Position numbers and translations under genes: made by a program. DNA of 64,000 bases. Origin: Balanoglossus misakiensis (Eukaryota > Animalia > Hemichordata). A model generated the notes under the pieces. It did not search any database and had not been told where the DNA came from. It saw only the letters and a list, made by a program, of their open reading frames with translations. The stretch lies in contig CM082580.2 in assembly GCA_040954595.2 (NCBI GenBank), forward strand, positions 14,212,389 to 14,276,388. Direction: 5' to 3'. Shown here in pieces: positions 1 to 15,320 of this stretch (position 1 is its first letter; each line of letters begins with the position of its first letter).

Positions 1-3000
1 ATTGGACTGAAATAACGCGGGTGAATTAACAAAACGTTAAGAACATCCCGTGGAATCGCAAAGGCCGACTTTGCATTCTGCAAAGTGTGCCGTGAAGTTG
101 TTTTTCTTAGATTGAACAAATTTCGACTTTGAACTAAAATATTTAAGTTGTACACCGATGGACTGGCCGCTAACAACAAAAGAGTTTACTCCCGTTGTCA
201 AGTCAACGTGCGGCGATCAAAATTTACCCAGATGGCTAAATAAACTATTCCGCGTTTGGTTTTAAAATTAGCGCATTTATTTCAATATTAGTTCCGCAGA
301 GGCGTTTGGACAAGTGGCTGTGCGATGCGTTCAAGCACTTTGGTTTCGACCACTTGGTTTATGAGGGGCGTGTCAAAGATTCTCTCTCTTAACCAATCGA
401 GACAGGGGACAGTAATACCAGCCGCCAAAAAGTGTTGTGTTTTTTTCTTTTCCCCTTCTCTGTACAAATCCGTTGAATGACAGTTGAATCGAAATGATTG
501 ATTTACCGCAGAGGCGAGTTGGATCCAGTCAGAAAGTGAAGACACAGATGAAACCCAGTGCTTCTTTCATCGAATGCACTCCATTTGCATGAGAATTAGA
601 TGAAAGCTACCGGGGGAGTGAAATTGACTTGAATACGATTAGTCGAAAACAAAAGCAATTTGTTTCAACAATAACTACGTCCTTTGGAAGTGGGGATTTG
701 TAACGAATGCCGGTGGTATTAAAAAGGGTATTATTTTCGTGCAATCAAAATTAGCAAGGGCTAGGTTTAATAAGGGGAAGGATTAGATATGTTTTGTCCG
801 AGGTGTGAACGAGCAAAGCTGCCGGAATATTAGTTGAATTACCGGGAGAATTAGCTTTGAACAGAGTAGGTGTGAAGTCGACATCGGACCGTGAAATTAC
901 AATTCTTCGCGCGCGACTGAAATTGTGAGTGGAATTCTCATCGGTGCGCATGATTATTCGATTAGGGTAAACAGTGCGTGCTCGAACGTGACCTAGATTG
1001 GGTTGGAGATGGCCTCTCAAGCTTTTAGAATGAAGATTATGATGAGGGCGGTGGTGGTGGTATGATGATGATAATGGTAACGACGACGATGACGAAAAAG
1101 CGCATGGTGTGGTCTCCATGGCGAAACAGCTAGTTTTGAGTAAACTGCCGATCGCATAGCGCTATAGTCACTTGGACGAATGCCAAAAGACGAGTACAAC
1201 TGAGCATCGCCACGGCTCGGCGTTGCTCGTGGAATATTTTATCTGTTGTTTTCCCCCTCCTAGCGCACATTTCTCCACTCAGACCCCGCGTAAAAAACGT
1301 CGTTGTCACTTTTTAATGACCACGCAAACTTCGCCTCTCGTATGTCAACCCATGCTTTCATCCTCAAATGACGCATTGCATTAAGGGTGAACTTTGCATC
1401 AACACGTCCACATTGCAGGGAAAGCCAAATAGGATAGACCATCATGGAATGTGCCGTTACTCAGGGATACCGTGCCCATGTCCAATTTATTACCACACTT
1501 TGAGAGGGCCCACCTGTGAGGTCTTGTGTTCCAACTCAATTTCGCCCCTTTCATCATCAACTGGGATGAATAATAAGTCAGGAGTTTATCGTCACTCGAT
1601 ATTTTATGAGCTGCCCTGTGGTTGTCGATCGCAATTGACAGACACAAAATGGGCCGATGCTTTGAGATCCGCCTTCCTGAAATGACGTCCAGAAATAATG
1701 TGTTCAAACTTGAAACATTTAGGGTCAAACTTGGAATTCTCACCACGATTTTTCTACTCAAAATTCACCTTTGTTGATTTCTAAGACCGCGTTTCCTTGT
1801 CAAAGTGACGGCTTTGAAAAAATTCTCCTTCAAACAAAATCGAAATCAAACCGGCCAGTCACCAATGCCAAATTCATGGCTCGCTAATCAGTGATCAGTC
1901 AAAATCAGACATCAGATAGATAAAGGTCAGCCTATAATCATTAAAGTTAATTCCCCCTTAATCCACTTAAATCTCCCGATGTTTGCCGAAAATGATACTA
2001 TATTAACTTTGGTGTTTGGAAATCCTCTGAAGCACATGATTTGTAATTTCACCAGTGCGAAATTGTGTGGCCATCTGCTATAGTGAAGCTGTCTTTGACA
2101 GAAAGTTCTATAAATGATCTTAATTATTTAACAATTTTACAGCTTGGTCTTGGCACTTTGAGACATAAGCGCACACATTATCCTGATTATTTCCAAGAAC
2201 ACTCGTCATGAACTTTGGTTCACTGAAGGCATTTTCATCGCAGTGGAATTTATGTTCTGTTTTCGTTCTTTTTTTCTGTTCTAGCTGCCTGCTTCTTGCC
2301 CGGTAACAACTATTTCAACACGAATTGCTACGAACCAACGAATCTAAGTTATGGGAACTACCTGTGAGCAAGGAGCCATCATGTGGACAGGAAGCGAAAA
2401 GGGAATTGGTGTACGTCACGAGTACGTGAAGTGCGTGAAACACAGGCTGTGGGTGTGGCAACTATGAGTTTGTGTCTTAGGTAATTCAATTCGTCGAAAT
2501 TGCTTGAAAACACCATGTTGTGTGCGACTATGCCATCGCTTACTGACACCACATTGAAGCAGCCACACACCTGGACTGTGGTTTTTGAAAATCAAATACA
2601 TTTGCATACGTGCAATGTGTTACGCAGACGGCTGACTCCACAGAAAAAAAATATGCTAGTACGACACACACTGGCTACACTTATAGAGGTTCTGGTCACA
2701 TGCTCGCGTCAGGTGTTTTGTCGGGGATGTTCGCGTTTTGATGCTTGACATCGTTTTCTGTTTAAAGGCATCGTTGTGTTGCAAATTTTCAAAGAAGCTA
2801 GAGAAAAGAGCTGCATGTTATATGTCACACTGACGCGTGTAGGAATTCCGTGTCCCGACACCAGAAAGTTTTGTGAATCTCTGAATAATTTCTCTGTTTA
2901 CGTAGTTGACCAGTTAATTGTTGTTCTATTCTGTTATGAACTTTCCACAAATCTATCTCCAAACTCAGAAGTTTCGGACAGTTGAATTTGGCATGTGCAA

Positions 3001-5521
3001 ATATAAAATGGATCTGCCGGAGTATATATTGAAGAATTTACTACAAGTTTACTACGTCACTGTATTTCTCCGGTTTTTGTCGAATTGTTTCTGTAAAATG
3101 ATTTTCAAATCACGTTTGAAGGGTCGATTTTTTTGTTCTGTAGCTGGTATTGTATTTTGGCGTTGATGTAACAGTATTATGCCACTGTAAACACTGTAAA
3201 TTTAATTTGTTGTAGAGATGATTGGAAGTCGAATGAATAAAACTACGAATCTTAATTGAAACTGCACTGTCGTTCTATACTTTTTGTTGCCATGATACTG
3301 CCAACGTTGGAAATGTCTGTTTTTATGGTTGTTTTGTTGTTGTCATGTTTTGTTGTTTTCAGATGTTTTCTGAATGGTAGCTACCATGGGTAATGGGTGA
3401 AGAAACGCCATGGATATAGCGGTTCGAAGTTAATGGCACTTTTTTATTTGACGGTGCTAATCTATCCTACCGTTACACCTTCGCAGAATGCTACGGACGG
3501 TGTCGGTCAAAAAAAGGAAATTTCGTTTCTGAAAACTTTTTCGCGTCAATAGGCGAATCGATCGGGCCGAACTGGTGTTTAAAACATAGTCCTGTGTCGC
3601 GTGGTAGGTTATCAGGCGGTTTGAATCGATTGAGTTTATCTCACGTACCCAACCCACTGCGCAGCTTTGTAAAATTGTACGTCTCAATACGCACACAGAA
3701 ATCGCAGCGAAATGCTAGGTAAGTTGACATCAATTTGTTTGTGACTGCACAGGACAGTTGATCGAGTTGAATGAATGCATCGTCGTGGTGCGCTGCGCAC
3801 TGTTTGTGAAAGTGGGCTTTGTTGAGGGTATAATACAATTAAATCGAGAAGGTAGCACTATTACCATAACAAGCCATCTGGCAAGTTTGACCATTGCCCC
3901 GAGAAAAGTTCTTTCACAACAATATCCCCGCCCATGTGAATTGAGACCGGAGGCACCCAATATTTCCCCTTCGATTGTCAACGCAGGGTTGAATAAAACT
4001 TCAAATTCTTTGGGTTATTTATAGCTTGGTGTCGATCTCCTCAACGTTTTATTTGTAACACTAACACCTATTCCTTTGGGAAAACCTCGCCTCCAAGAAC
4101 GAAAGAAATTCGAATTGGTTAGTTTCTGGCTGTAGATGGCGCTAAATGGTTCAGTCTCCATTTCGGACCACTCATTTTCATGGACAGTTGGCAAAAAGAC
4201 GCCATTACGTGATTTTGACGGAATTTTGTCTGCAAGTAGATAAAAGACCTGATTTTTCTGCGTAACACCCTTCCAAAAAATATCAAAAACTGTACATTTT
4301 TTTAAATTTAGAATTCGTGGCATGGTGCCGTATGTTGTTTTATCTTGAATGATTTGATCGAGTATCGATGAAAATTATACCAGACAAGTGATGTCCGAGT
4401 TTAAATGCCGTTTACACTACACGTGCCCACGGCTCATTGTTTTCTTGGGACATTATCTGTGTTATTGCGTTTTGTCCGCTGAGTTATTGCACTGCACAAG
4501 TGTAATGTTCAATGCCACTTACAACACACAAGATAACAAAGTAGACACTCACGGTTCATTTTGAAAGAAATACTGCCTGCTTCCAGGAGAACATACTTGC
4601 AATTTGCACGCAACGCGTTTCGGCCATTTTTCGCTGTAATCTCCGCGCTGGGCTCGACTTTTGTTCGAGATTTCATTTCTAACTAGCACACCGTTTCGCC
4701 TGAATGTTCCTTGTTTTTCGAGGAACCAGAACTTTCTTGAAGTACCTTGCTGACGTACAATCGAACATTTCTAATCAATAAAATAACTTTAAATTTAAAT
4801 GTTTCTAGAAAAAATGACAGAAAACTGTCACATGTACTTACAGTAGGCCTCGAGGATGTGCGCCATGTCGGTTGGAAAGCCAGGAGAAAAGGCACCGTCG
4901 GTTTTTGTCACGTCAAATCCAGTCCATATCCGGGAAAATGATATCGTCACAGTCATGACCACTTGGTTGACGCCAGGAAATTTCTCTGGACAAAGAATAG
5001 GTCGTTCCGTTATCACTACATTCAGCCATGGTGTTTCTACGTCAAAGATTTAGTATCGAATGATGGAGTGGCAGCTCACTGACCATCTGGCAAATTTACT
5101 GACTGACAACTATCCAATCAAAATGTGTCATTCACCAGGTGCATTTTGTGACGCTTGTGATTGGGTAATGTGATTGAGTTGTTTTGCATACCAAGATCAT
5201 AGCAGATGATACGTGTTGTAAACCAGATAATGTACTGGAGAACGGCTTCTTTCGTTTTTATAAGAACAGTTGTCATCATAGGCCATAGAGGGCGCTAATA
5301 CCTTCGCTAACATTGCTCTACGATAATTTTCATTACTTTAGAAGACTAATTAGTTAAAGAAACACTTCATTTGCTCTCATTTAGCCTTAAATTATATTAT
5401 TAAAGATATCTCACTCAAAAAAATTGTTTCAGGCCAATAAATGTAGACATTTCCCGATTAAAATTTGACGGAAATAAAGTCCGCGCAATGGCGTATGGGA
5501 ATTTCAAGGATGCTAATCAAG

Positions 5522-7168
<1,647 letters not shown>

Positions 7169-8551
7169 CACGAAACAACACCCATTACATTCCACATAGC
7201 GTCTAGCAACATTTTCTGATCATGTTAAGTTATTATGAACAAGAGAACCAGAAAAAAAACACTTCCCCGGAAAACAACACAATCCAAAGTGGTCCCGGAG
7301 TCTTTGGCAGTTTTACAGTTCCTGGAATATTTTACCAGATTTTCCCCCTTTCCTGTTCCCCCCACACTAGGCTTGCTGTGTCCCAGTGCTAGCTCAGTCT
7401 TCCAAATTAAAATATTGATCAGAAGTAACCCAAAGCATACCTTTATGGCCCCAACTTAATTCAGTACAACCCCCCCCCCCCCTGAATATGTCACTTGGAT
7501 AATTTTGTTTGATCAAAACTTTGCAGCATACTGCAAGTTGAACTGGATGACTAGTGTTGCAAGGTCAAAAAACTGTTGATTCGAGCCATGTAATTCTCAG
7601 TAACTTTGTCAACTTCCGGAGTAGTGAAGTAGTCAATGAACTGTTTCTGATTTCTTTTCTTTCTTGTGATCAGTTTTGTTTTTGTTTGTATCTTGTGAGA
7701 AACGAGAACAATTCACTATCTCGTGAAAACTGTTCATATGTTTTTTTATTGGTAATAAAAATGTGGGTTAACCACAAGAATTGTTGTTGTTTGTTTGTTT
7801 GTTTGAACCTCCTAGATTGCCCTTCATTTAAAATTGGCAAGTGGATTGTGCTAATGGAAACTGTTGGGTGATCATTAATCAATGCACACTACAACAGGCA
7901 TTGTCATAACATAGTTATACACTGCATACACAGTTTATTGTTTAAGGGAGGGGGTACTCTAGTGATAATGTACAAATTCTGAGTCAAACACAACAGTAAC
8001 ACAACAATAACGATGCAAAAAAGGCATTTTCTTGGGTACGTCTTTGTCAACGGAACTGTGATAATGATGGTAGTAGCAAAATGTCAAGCATTTGTTAACA
8101 TCAAATCCAAATGAATTGTACAAGAATTTTTGTACTGGTAATTATATATACACCAAAATTACTGAAATCTTCATAAACTCTTCAAAATGGGATATTGTTG
8201 TTGAAATGTTTTAGAATCTGACTGCCTTAGGGACCAAGTTGCTATTGTGCAATATTTATTGCTACCTATTTTCATTCCATGTGAGAGGTTGCTGAAATAG
8301 TTCCAACAAAAGACGCTTTTATCACGGGAAAGGAAGAAGAATATGAAGCTGTACCAAGAGTTACAGCTAGTGGACTTTTTTGACAGTTACTGCCATTATA
8401 GAATACAAACACAGATCACCAGAATGTCTATTATCATCCAAGATTTCATTTTTAAACACTAGTAACTAAGAAACTGAGTTTAAAAAGGTCCTTAATTTTG
8501 TTGTTACAAATTTGCCAGTCATGATTTCCCTTGAGTTTAGTGTAAAAATGT

Positions 8552-11500
8552 TCAGTCAGTATCATCTTGCCAAAGTTCCCTTGGCACAAGGTTTTGCATC
8601 CGGATGACTTTGAGTAGTGGGCATCCAGACATGTGTTCCATGGCATTGACAGATACATAGGTGGCATCCAAATTGATCAAGGTCAAGTATGGAAGTTCAA
8701 GGGCTTCCAGACCTGCAAGAGTAATAGTTTTAATTGCTGGGATTATATTTTAATATGATGAGGGATTATATTTTAATATGGCGATGTCCTGAACAGGTAA
8801 GTTCATAAGAGGACAAATAAATCACTTTCGCGATTAGAACTGGTTGAAGTCCATGTGTAGAGCACTTATGACATTTTGAAGTTAAAAGAAAGATTTTAAG
8901 AAATAACACCATTAGAGTTTGTATCTATAAATGTGGACGCACGATCAGCGATGATATAGTGAACACAGTATACCTTAACCCTTTTCCCACAATGGTTTGC
9001 TCCAACTCCATTGTTTTCAATGGCACTGTTACAGGGAAATGGGGGTGGACTGGTTAAAAAAACGAAGACTGTTTGATGGGGAGGGGTGTGTGTGAAAAGG
9101 AGGATTTTCGCGACGTGGATGGCCAGCACAATCTTCCCAGTGAGGTAGGTGTCCTTTCAGAATGAAGAAAGTTTAATCTTGTGACTTACCTTTGTCTTTC
9201 ACTTTGGTTCTACTCAGGTTCAACTTGTTCAGCATGATACACTTGTTAAGCACTTTCTCAGTCAGTAGTTTACTTGTAATTCTGTGATGAATATGAATTA
9301 ATAATCAAAGGAATCTGATTTAATATTGACAGATTCTTTCATACCACAGGAAACCTAACCATTTTTATGTCACGCTGTTGGATTGTCTGGAGAGAAGACA
9401 GACAAATTACATGTACCAAGCCAATATGTTGGCTATTTGAAGACTTTGGCCAATACATGTTCATTTGTGAAACATGACCAGTGCATCTGGACGCAGTTGT
9501 GAGCCACTGTGTATGTACATTGAGATAAAATTATTTCCAATTGAACTCACAGTGTAGATGCTAAGCCTAGGACTTGTAGTTCTCTGAAGTTTCCTATAAG
9601 AGCAGCACCAGTATTTGTTACTGATGTCCTGTCCAATTCCAGTTCAACTAACCGAGACAGACCTGCAGTAAAAGGGCAGATTTTAGTTCAAACAAACAAA
9701 CAAACAAACAAACAAACAAACAAACAAACAATCACACACACAAATGAAAGATATCCTTAGTTGTATAACTAGTACTATATGAGAAACAAAAGAAGATGTT
9801 TTATAAATAAACACATGAGTAGAGCACTTACCCTGAATACTGATCATTGCTGCATCCGTTATTTTGGTGTTACTCAGTGAAAGAACCTGTAAACTGCATA
9901 ATAAGATTAATGCTACAATGTCTGCTTGTGGCACAGTGTTGATGTGCAGGCCTTGAGGAGTACTGCGTCACAGACAAAAGCTGAGATGTTATTGGTTGAT
10001 CCATTGATTGACAGAGCATACAATCAGTATAAAAAACCACACACATGGCAGCGCTTTATGCATCAACTGTCTCTTACCTGTTCATGTCTGCAATATGCCT
10101 GATGCCAGCATCGGTGATGTTTATGTAGTCGGTCAAATCTAGTGAAACCAATGGCATCCCTTAAATAAAAAACAAAAACAGATCAGACCTGATACGCATG
10201 GGAGGCTTGTATATAGGATACTGTGTCATTTATTGAGCAGATTCTGTTATTTCAACTGACCTGCAATATACTGCAAACCTATATCTGTTGTAGTCAATCT
10301 GCTTGGCAGTTGGAGATGACTTAACTTGAGACCTGCAGCAAACCAGAAAAGGGGGATATCTGATTAGTAAACTCTATCAGGATCTTTCATATTTGGTAAA
10401 TCATGTCTACGGTACTCCAAGAACTCAGACTGTGTTACAGCAAATTCTATCAGCTGGAACTTCCCTTGTGACCAATATTTTTTTTTCCAAATTGTTTCTC
10501 TTTATGGCATCCGACTGAGAAATAAGCCCAACCCTCAAAAGCTTCTGACCTGAAAGACACTGCAGGGCCGCATCACCATTCATGTTCTGTGTCTGTGAGA
10601 TGTTGAGAGACGTCAACGCTGGCATCTGTCGGAGACACACCAGCGAGGATGCTGGAAGATCTGTGCCGCTGATGTTGAGACTCTGAAGTTTGGATAGTGA
10701 CTGCAGAGCTTGTAGATTGCTTATCTGAAATGGGGGGGGGGGGGAGAATAAAGTGAGTTCTTGATGCCCTTCACACACAAGGTTACACTTATGATTGCAC
10801 ACAATAACCAGTATAACAAACACAACACAGCAACATATACACTCACCTGAGTTCTTTCTAAACCAAGAACTGCGAGTTTTTGCAAACCTGTAAGATCAAA
10901 GTTATTATATGGTAGTTTAGAACATTGTCAAGTTCTTCCTGAGTAGAAAAATATCTCAACAACTAGCCTACTAATACGGTACACTCCGATATATGGTACA
11001 AGCTTACTCTGAAACAAATTGAGCAAATGGCATTACCTGTGATGGCTTCTAAGGCCCTATCTGTAACTGCAGTTCTGTTCAGATTCAGCTCTGTTAAGTT
11101 GCTTGGTTTGGAATCTACATATATTTGAATACCCTTATCAGTGATGCCAGTTTCTTCTAAGGAAAGTGTAACTAAATGCCTAAATTCTGGAGAAAAAAGG
11201 TGATTGTTACTCTGCCATATATTTCTATGAGTCGATACATCATCACTTGTACACATGGCTACAATTATAAGAGAAAGAGAAAACAGTGTGACATTCCATC
11301 CTTACCTATGATTGTGTAAATGACTTTATCTGTCAACTGCTTACATGAACTGAGGTTAAGATGTTTGAGTTTCTTCAGTGCTGAAAATAATCACACAACG
11401 GCAATAAAACACAACAGCTTTTTGCACAAGAACATATAAAGGACTATGCTGAACATATTTCTGTATATGTTCCAAGGGTGAAGTCGTACTGCATGGCATT

Positions 11501-14500
11501 CTTATTTCAACTGTTTACACATTCTCATGACCAAATTTGGAAAATGGCACTCTAGATGTTCTATCAGAAGCCACAACATAAAGTGATAGTTTCCTCTAAT
11601 TTACTTATGCCCATATATGGTCAAAAAGGCACATGCCATCAAAATAGAAGCCTGAGGGAATCTCCAGTACTTACATGTGAGTGGTGCAAGTCCATTATCG
11701 TTGATCAACGGACATGAACAGAGACTGAGCGTGACGAGATTTGTGTGAAGTCTTACACCATGAAGTAATTCATTGGTTGTATACTTGTAGCAGTCTAGAA
11801 TTAATTTTCTTAATCGACTGTAAGAAAAAACAGTACTTCATATTAATGGCTGAAAACACAAATTTGGCTTAATCACAATTCCAGTTCTCTTGGACTTAAT
11901 GTTTACAATGGAAAACTGGAGATGACAAAATGGAGACATACCATGACAAAAACGGCTGTAAAGTCTTGGGTCTGAGAGTTCCGTCCCTAATCATGACAAC
12001 CAAAATCCTTGATGCCACATCCAAGGGCATGGCTCCCAGATTGAGCAGTGGATGTTGTTGCTGGCGTGAGATCCTCTTTGCCATGGCGACGACACAGAGT
12101 TCGGTCAAAGGATGCACAATGGGGTGCAACCCACTGCGAGATGAACTTGTTGATGATTTTGTTGGTGATTCATGCTTGGCTCTCTCGAACCTCTGCAGAG
12201 CAGCTGCAGCTGTGTGTACACAAATAGATGAGGTCACATGGTACAAGTGCCAAACTTGGTGCTTTTTCCCAAAATTCATGCTTTTAGTTTTGTCCTCATT
12301 TCATGCTATCCGAATAACAATGAACAACAAAAGCTGACTATAGGAAACCTTACAGCAAGTTAAGTGCATTTCAATTAAAAGAATCATCCCTTTACATAAC
12401 AGGCAAAATACGTAACAAGTCTGAAATGACCAAAACATGACACAGAATTAACATGCAGGGAGTTATGTCTCCAAGATTTCAGGATGTCATGCTTACCAGC
12501 TCGTTCCGCATTCGAAGCATCCTCTTCATGATTGTGTCCAAGCCATAGTCAAATCTTGAGGCTCTTCCTGGTCCCCCACCATGCAAAGCTTGTCCCTCTC
12601 CCCAGAAATGAGCACTGGGTCCACTTGGCCCTCCAAATAAACCACCAGGTACTGTACAGAAAAAAGAAATAAAATTGCACTGAACACAAGTTCCTTATCA
12701 GCCTCATGCCTTGTCTCTCTTTCTGATGCCCCCAGTCTTCTTGTCCCTGGATACCATGTATGCACAGTTTATAAGAAGAAGGGAAGAAAGTGTTTCCTAC
12801 CTGGTGGGGGATGCCATACTCCCATAGCACCTGGTACTGCAATATTCTCATCATCATCATTATCGTCATCACTGAACCCCTCTCCCTCCCCTTCCTCCTC
12901 ATCTTCTTCCATCATTATTTCTTCTGGCATCTCTACAAACCCACTCCCCTCCTCCTCATCCTCACTGCCCCTCTCTGGGGCACTAAGCTGTTGCCCTGCA
13001 CCCCAGCTGTGGGCTGCTTGTGGGAGAGACTGGTGAACTGGGCCGATGGATGATGCCGGTGGGAGTGGAGGTGCTGGTGGTGACGGCAGTGGTGGTATCA
13101 GTGGACTCTGAAGGCTTTCAGCTGATCGATCTGCCCGGGGCACTACAAAACACAATTCGTAAATAAAATAAAGCATGGTTTGACTAGCATTGCATAAATG
13201 CAGTTTGTTGGCAAAAAGTCATACACTATAATTCTACGACACCCTCTGGTAGGAATTCAACCAATGTACCTTTGACTGGTGGTCCCTCAACTTTTTTCAC
13301 CACAAGTGACCCATTTGGAGTCAGACCAAGATCTCTCAGAGTTGAGGTCATCTCTGCATGGGTGAATTCACGGCGTGGAAATGGCTGCATGAAACTAATG
13401 TTGGTGAGAGAGGGATTCTGATGCCGAACTGACTGCAAGACTTCACCCAGAGTTGAGGTGGTGTGGAAGCTTTGTCGAAGACTCCGTCCATTGGGAAGAC
13501 GGATCTGAATGAAAATGAACACATTAGTGTACAATGGCCTTTCAAAACTTTAATGGCTTTTTTGTGCTTGGTTAGTGAGGTAGCCACAGACCTGCCAGGG
13601 TCTATGGTATAGCTGACATTCCATGGAAAGGAAACATACCTGTAGCATACATTCCGCTTGAATTCCTGGTGTTTTGTTGTCCTGTGTTGCTGGTGGTATC
13701 TGTGGCAGTGGTCCAGTTTCTTTTTCACTTTTTACAGGTGATAGTTTCTTACTCTTCTGTGCTTTTGCCTCTCTGTCTGCTGCAATCTCTTTTAAGATTT
13801 GGTCCTTGGCCTAGCAAATCATAGATACAGTAAGGTTCATCTAAAATTGTAATTGGTTTCACAATAGGGAAATCTATAACATGAATCCAACATACAAGTG
13901 TGCTAACCCTTTCACCCCAGTTCCCTTTTTAGAAGTCTAACCTTACCATAGAAAACAATGAGTTTGGACTGAACCATGGTGGTGAAAGGGTTCACACATT
14001 GCTTAGATGTCCTCTAACTCACCATCTTCTCAGCCATCTTCCTCTCCTTGGCTTCTGCAGCTGCCTGCTTTCTCTGCTTATCATACCAGGTGTCTTTCTC
14101 TTTCTGTTTACTATCGTCCAGTGTGAAACGACTATGGACATCTTGAAGTCGGAACTTCTCCTCATTTGCTGGACTGGGTGTTGAGCCTGAAGGAGACACG
14201 TTGCTGGGTTGAGGAGCGTGGACGACGTTAGCTGGAGGTGGCTGTGGTTGTGACGGTGCAGTCTGCTGTAACATATGTAACACGATGCACAAGGGACAGT
14301 AATTGTGTGAGGAGATTTACTCAGTGTATCAGCAGAGGCATAGTTAATCTGCAGAACTGCCTGCAAAATCAGCAGTGTTTCCTCTAAGCTGATATAGAGT
14401 CATAGCTTGGGAGAACTCTCTCTATTGGTTAGATTATATTTTCAGAAATACCTGTGGGAGTGGAAGAACTAGAGTTGCGGTTGTCTGCTGGGTTGGTGGT

Positions 14501-15320
14501 GAAATGGTTGGAATAGTTGGTCTGTCTTGTCCACCTTGAAGTATCCTGCACATTCGAAGTAAACAAACAAGTGTTTCATTGAATGTTGGTAAATGGTTAG
14601 CAAAGAAAGGAGAAGCTTGATTCTCGGCTAACATTACCCAGTACAAATACATGTACCTACCAATCTACAGCATCTTGTACTGTCAGTTTGCCTGCCTGTA
14701 CAGCTCGTTGGCACTGATCCATTTCAAAGCCCATGCTGGCTAGTGCAGCAAGTAATGAATCAATTGTCTGTTGAAATACAACATGAAGAACTTGTTTCAA
14801 ATGCATCACCTCATTGTCATCATACATGACTTCTACCCTGAACAATCTGCTTCTCACTGTGAATGAAGTTGGCACTTTTTTGCATTTTGTTTACCTTATA
14901 AATATAATAAATATTACTATCTAATATCTGGAGATATGTTTTGAATTATAATTTATTATTTCTCATGTATACAATACGTGATGGGACCATGTCATATGAC
15001 ATGGTCCCAGTAATGTATATCAGTTTTATCATCTGCTTTAGCTGTAATGATTGTAGTGGGTGCTGCTAGAATATGACCAGTCCACAGTCCAGAAACTGAG
15101 CAAGTGTGCAGACTACAGTGATATGACTCATGACATTCAGCGCAGTCTCAACCCGTGACAGCGCTGTAACCATTATTACTGTCCCGACGGTACAGTTTCT
15201 GGTATACATGGGTTAAAGCTTTATATAACTCATTCCAATAAAGAATATTTTCATTGCAAGACAGGTAAATATCCCTTTACACCGTACAACCATGAAACCA
15301 AAACATACCTGATCCGCCAT
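8552..15320 (-). CDS. Uncharacterised UBA-UBX-LRR protein (putative p97/VCP cofactor with BC-box/Cul2-box-like segment), about 20 coding exons
   Basis: Exon 1 ATGGCGGATCAG|gtatgt (15309-15320). UBA: LASMGFEMDQCQRAVQAGKLTVQDAVDW. Charged coiled coil ending DQILKEIAADREAK. UBX: IQIRLPNGRSLRQSF...FMQPFPRREFT...TLRDLGLTPNGSLVV. Pro/acidic linker. PLTELC...MPLDVASRIL, then many LRRs (LVTLSLEETGITDKGI, LTELNLNRTAVTDRAL, LQSLNISGT). TGA stop at 8552-8554. One junction near 12.2-12.5 kb has a phase ambiguity (see findings). Confidence 0.85.
8739..8780. repeat. Short tandem duplication, 2 x GGGATTATATTTTAATATG (period 23)
   Basis: Identical 19-mers at 8739-8757 and 8762-8780, in the last intron of the UBA-UBX-LRR gene. 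Confidence 0.85.
9689..9731. repeat. (AAAC)n microsatellite
   Basis: About 10 consecutive AAAC units, intronic. Confidence 0.95.
13905..13992. mobile_element. Small MITE with piggyBac-like ends
   Basis: Perfect 12-bp inverted termini AACCCTTTCACC (13905-13916) and GGTGAAAGGGTT (13981-13992), i.e. CCC...GGG ends inside degenerate TTAA sites (CTAA / TTCA). Intronic. Confidence 0.6.
14982..15009. repeat. Perfect 28-bp palindrome
   Basis: TGGGACCATGTCAT|ATGACATGGTCCCA in intron 1 of the UBA-UBX-LRR gene. Confidence 0.9.
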
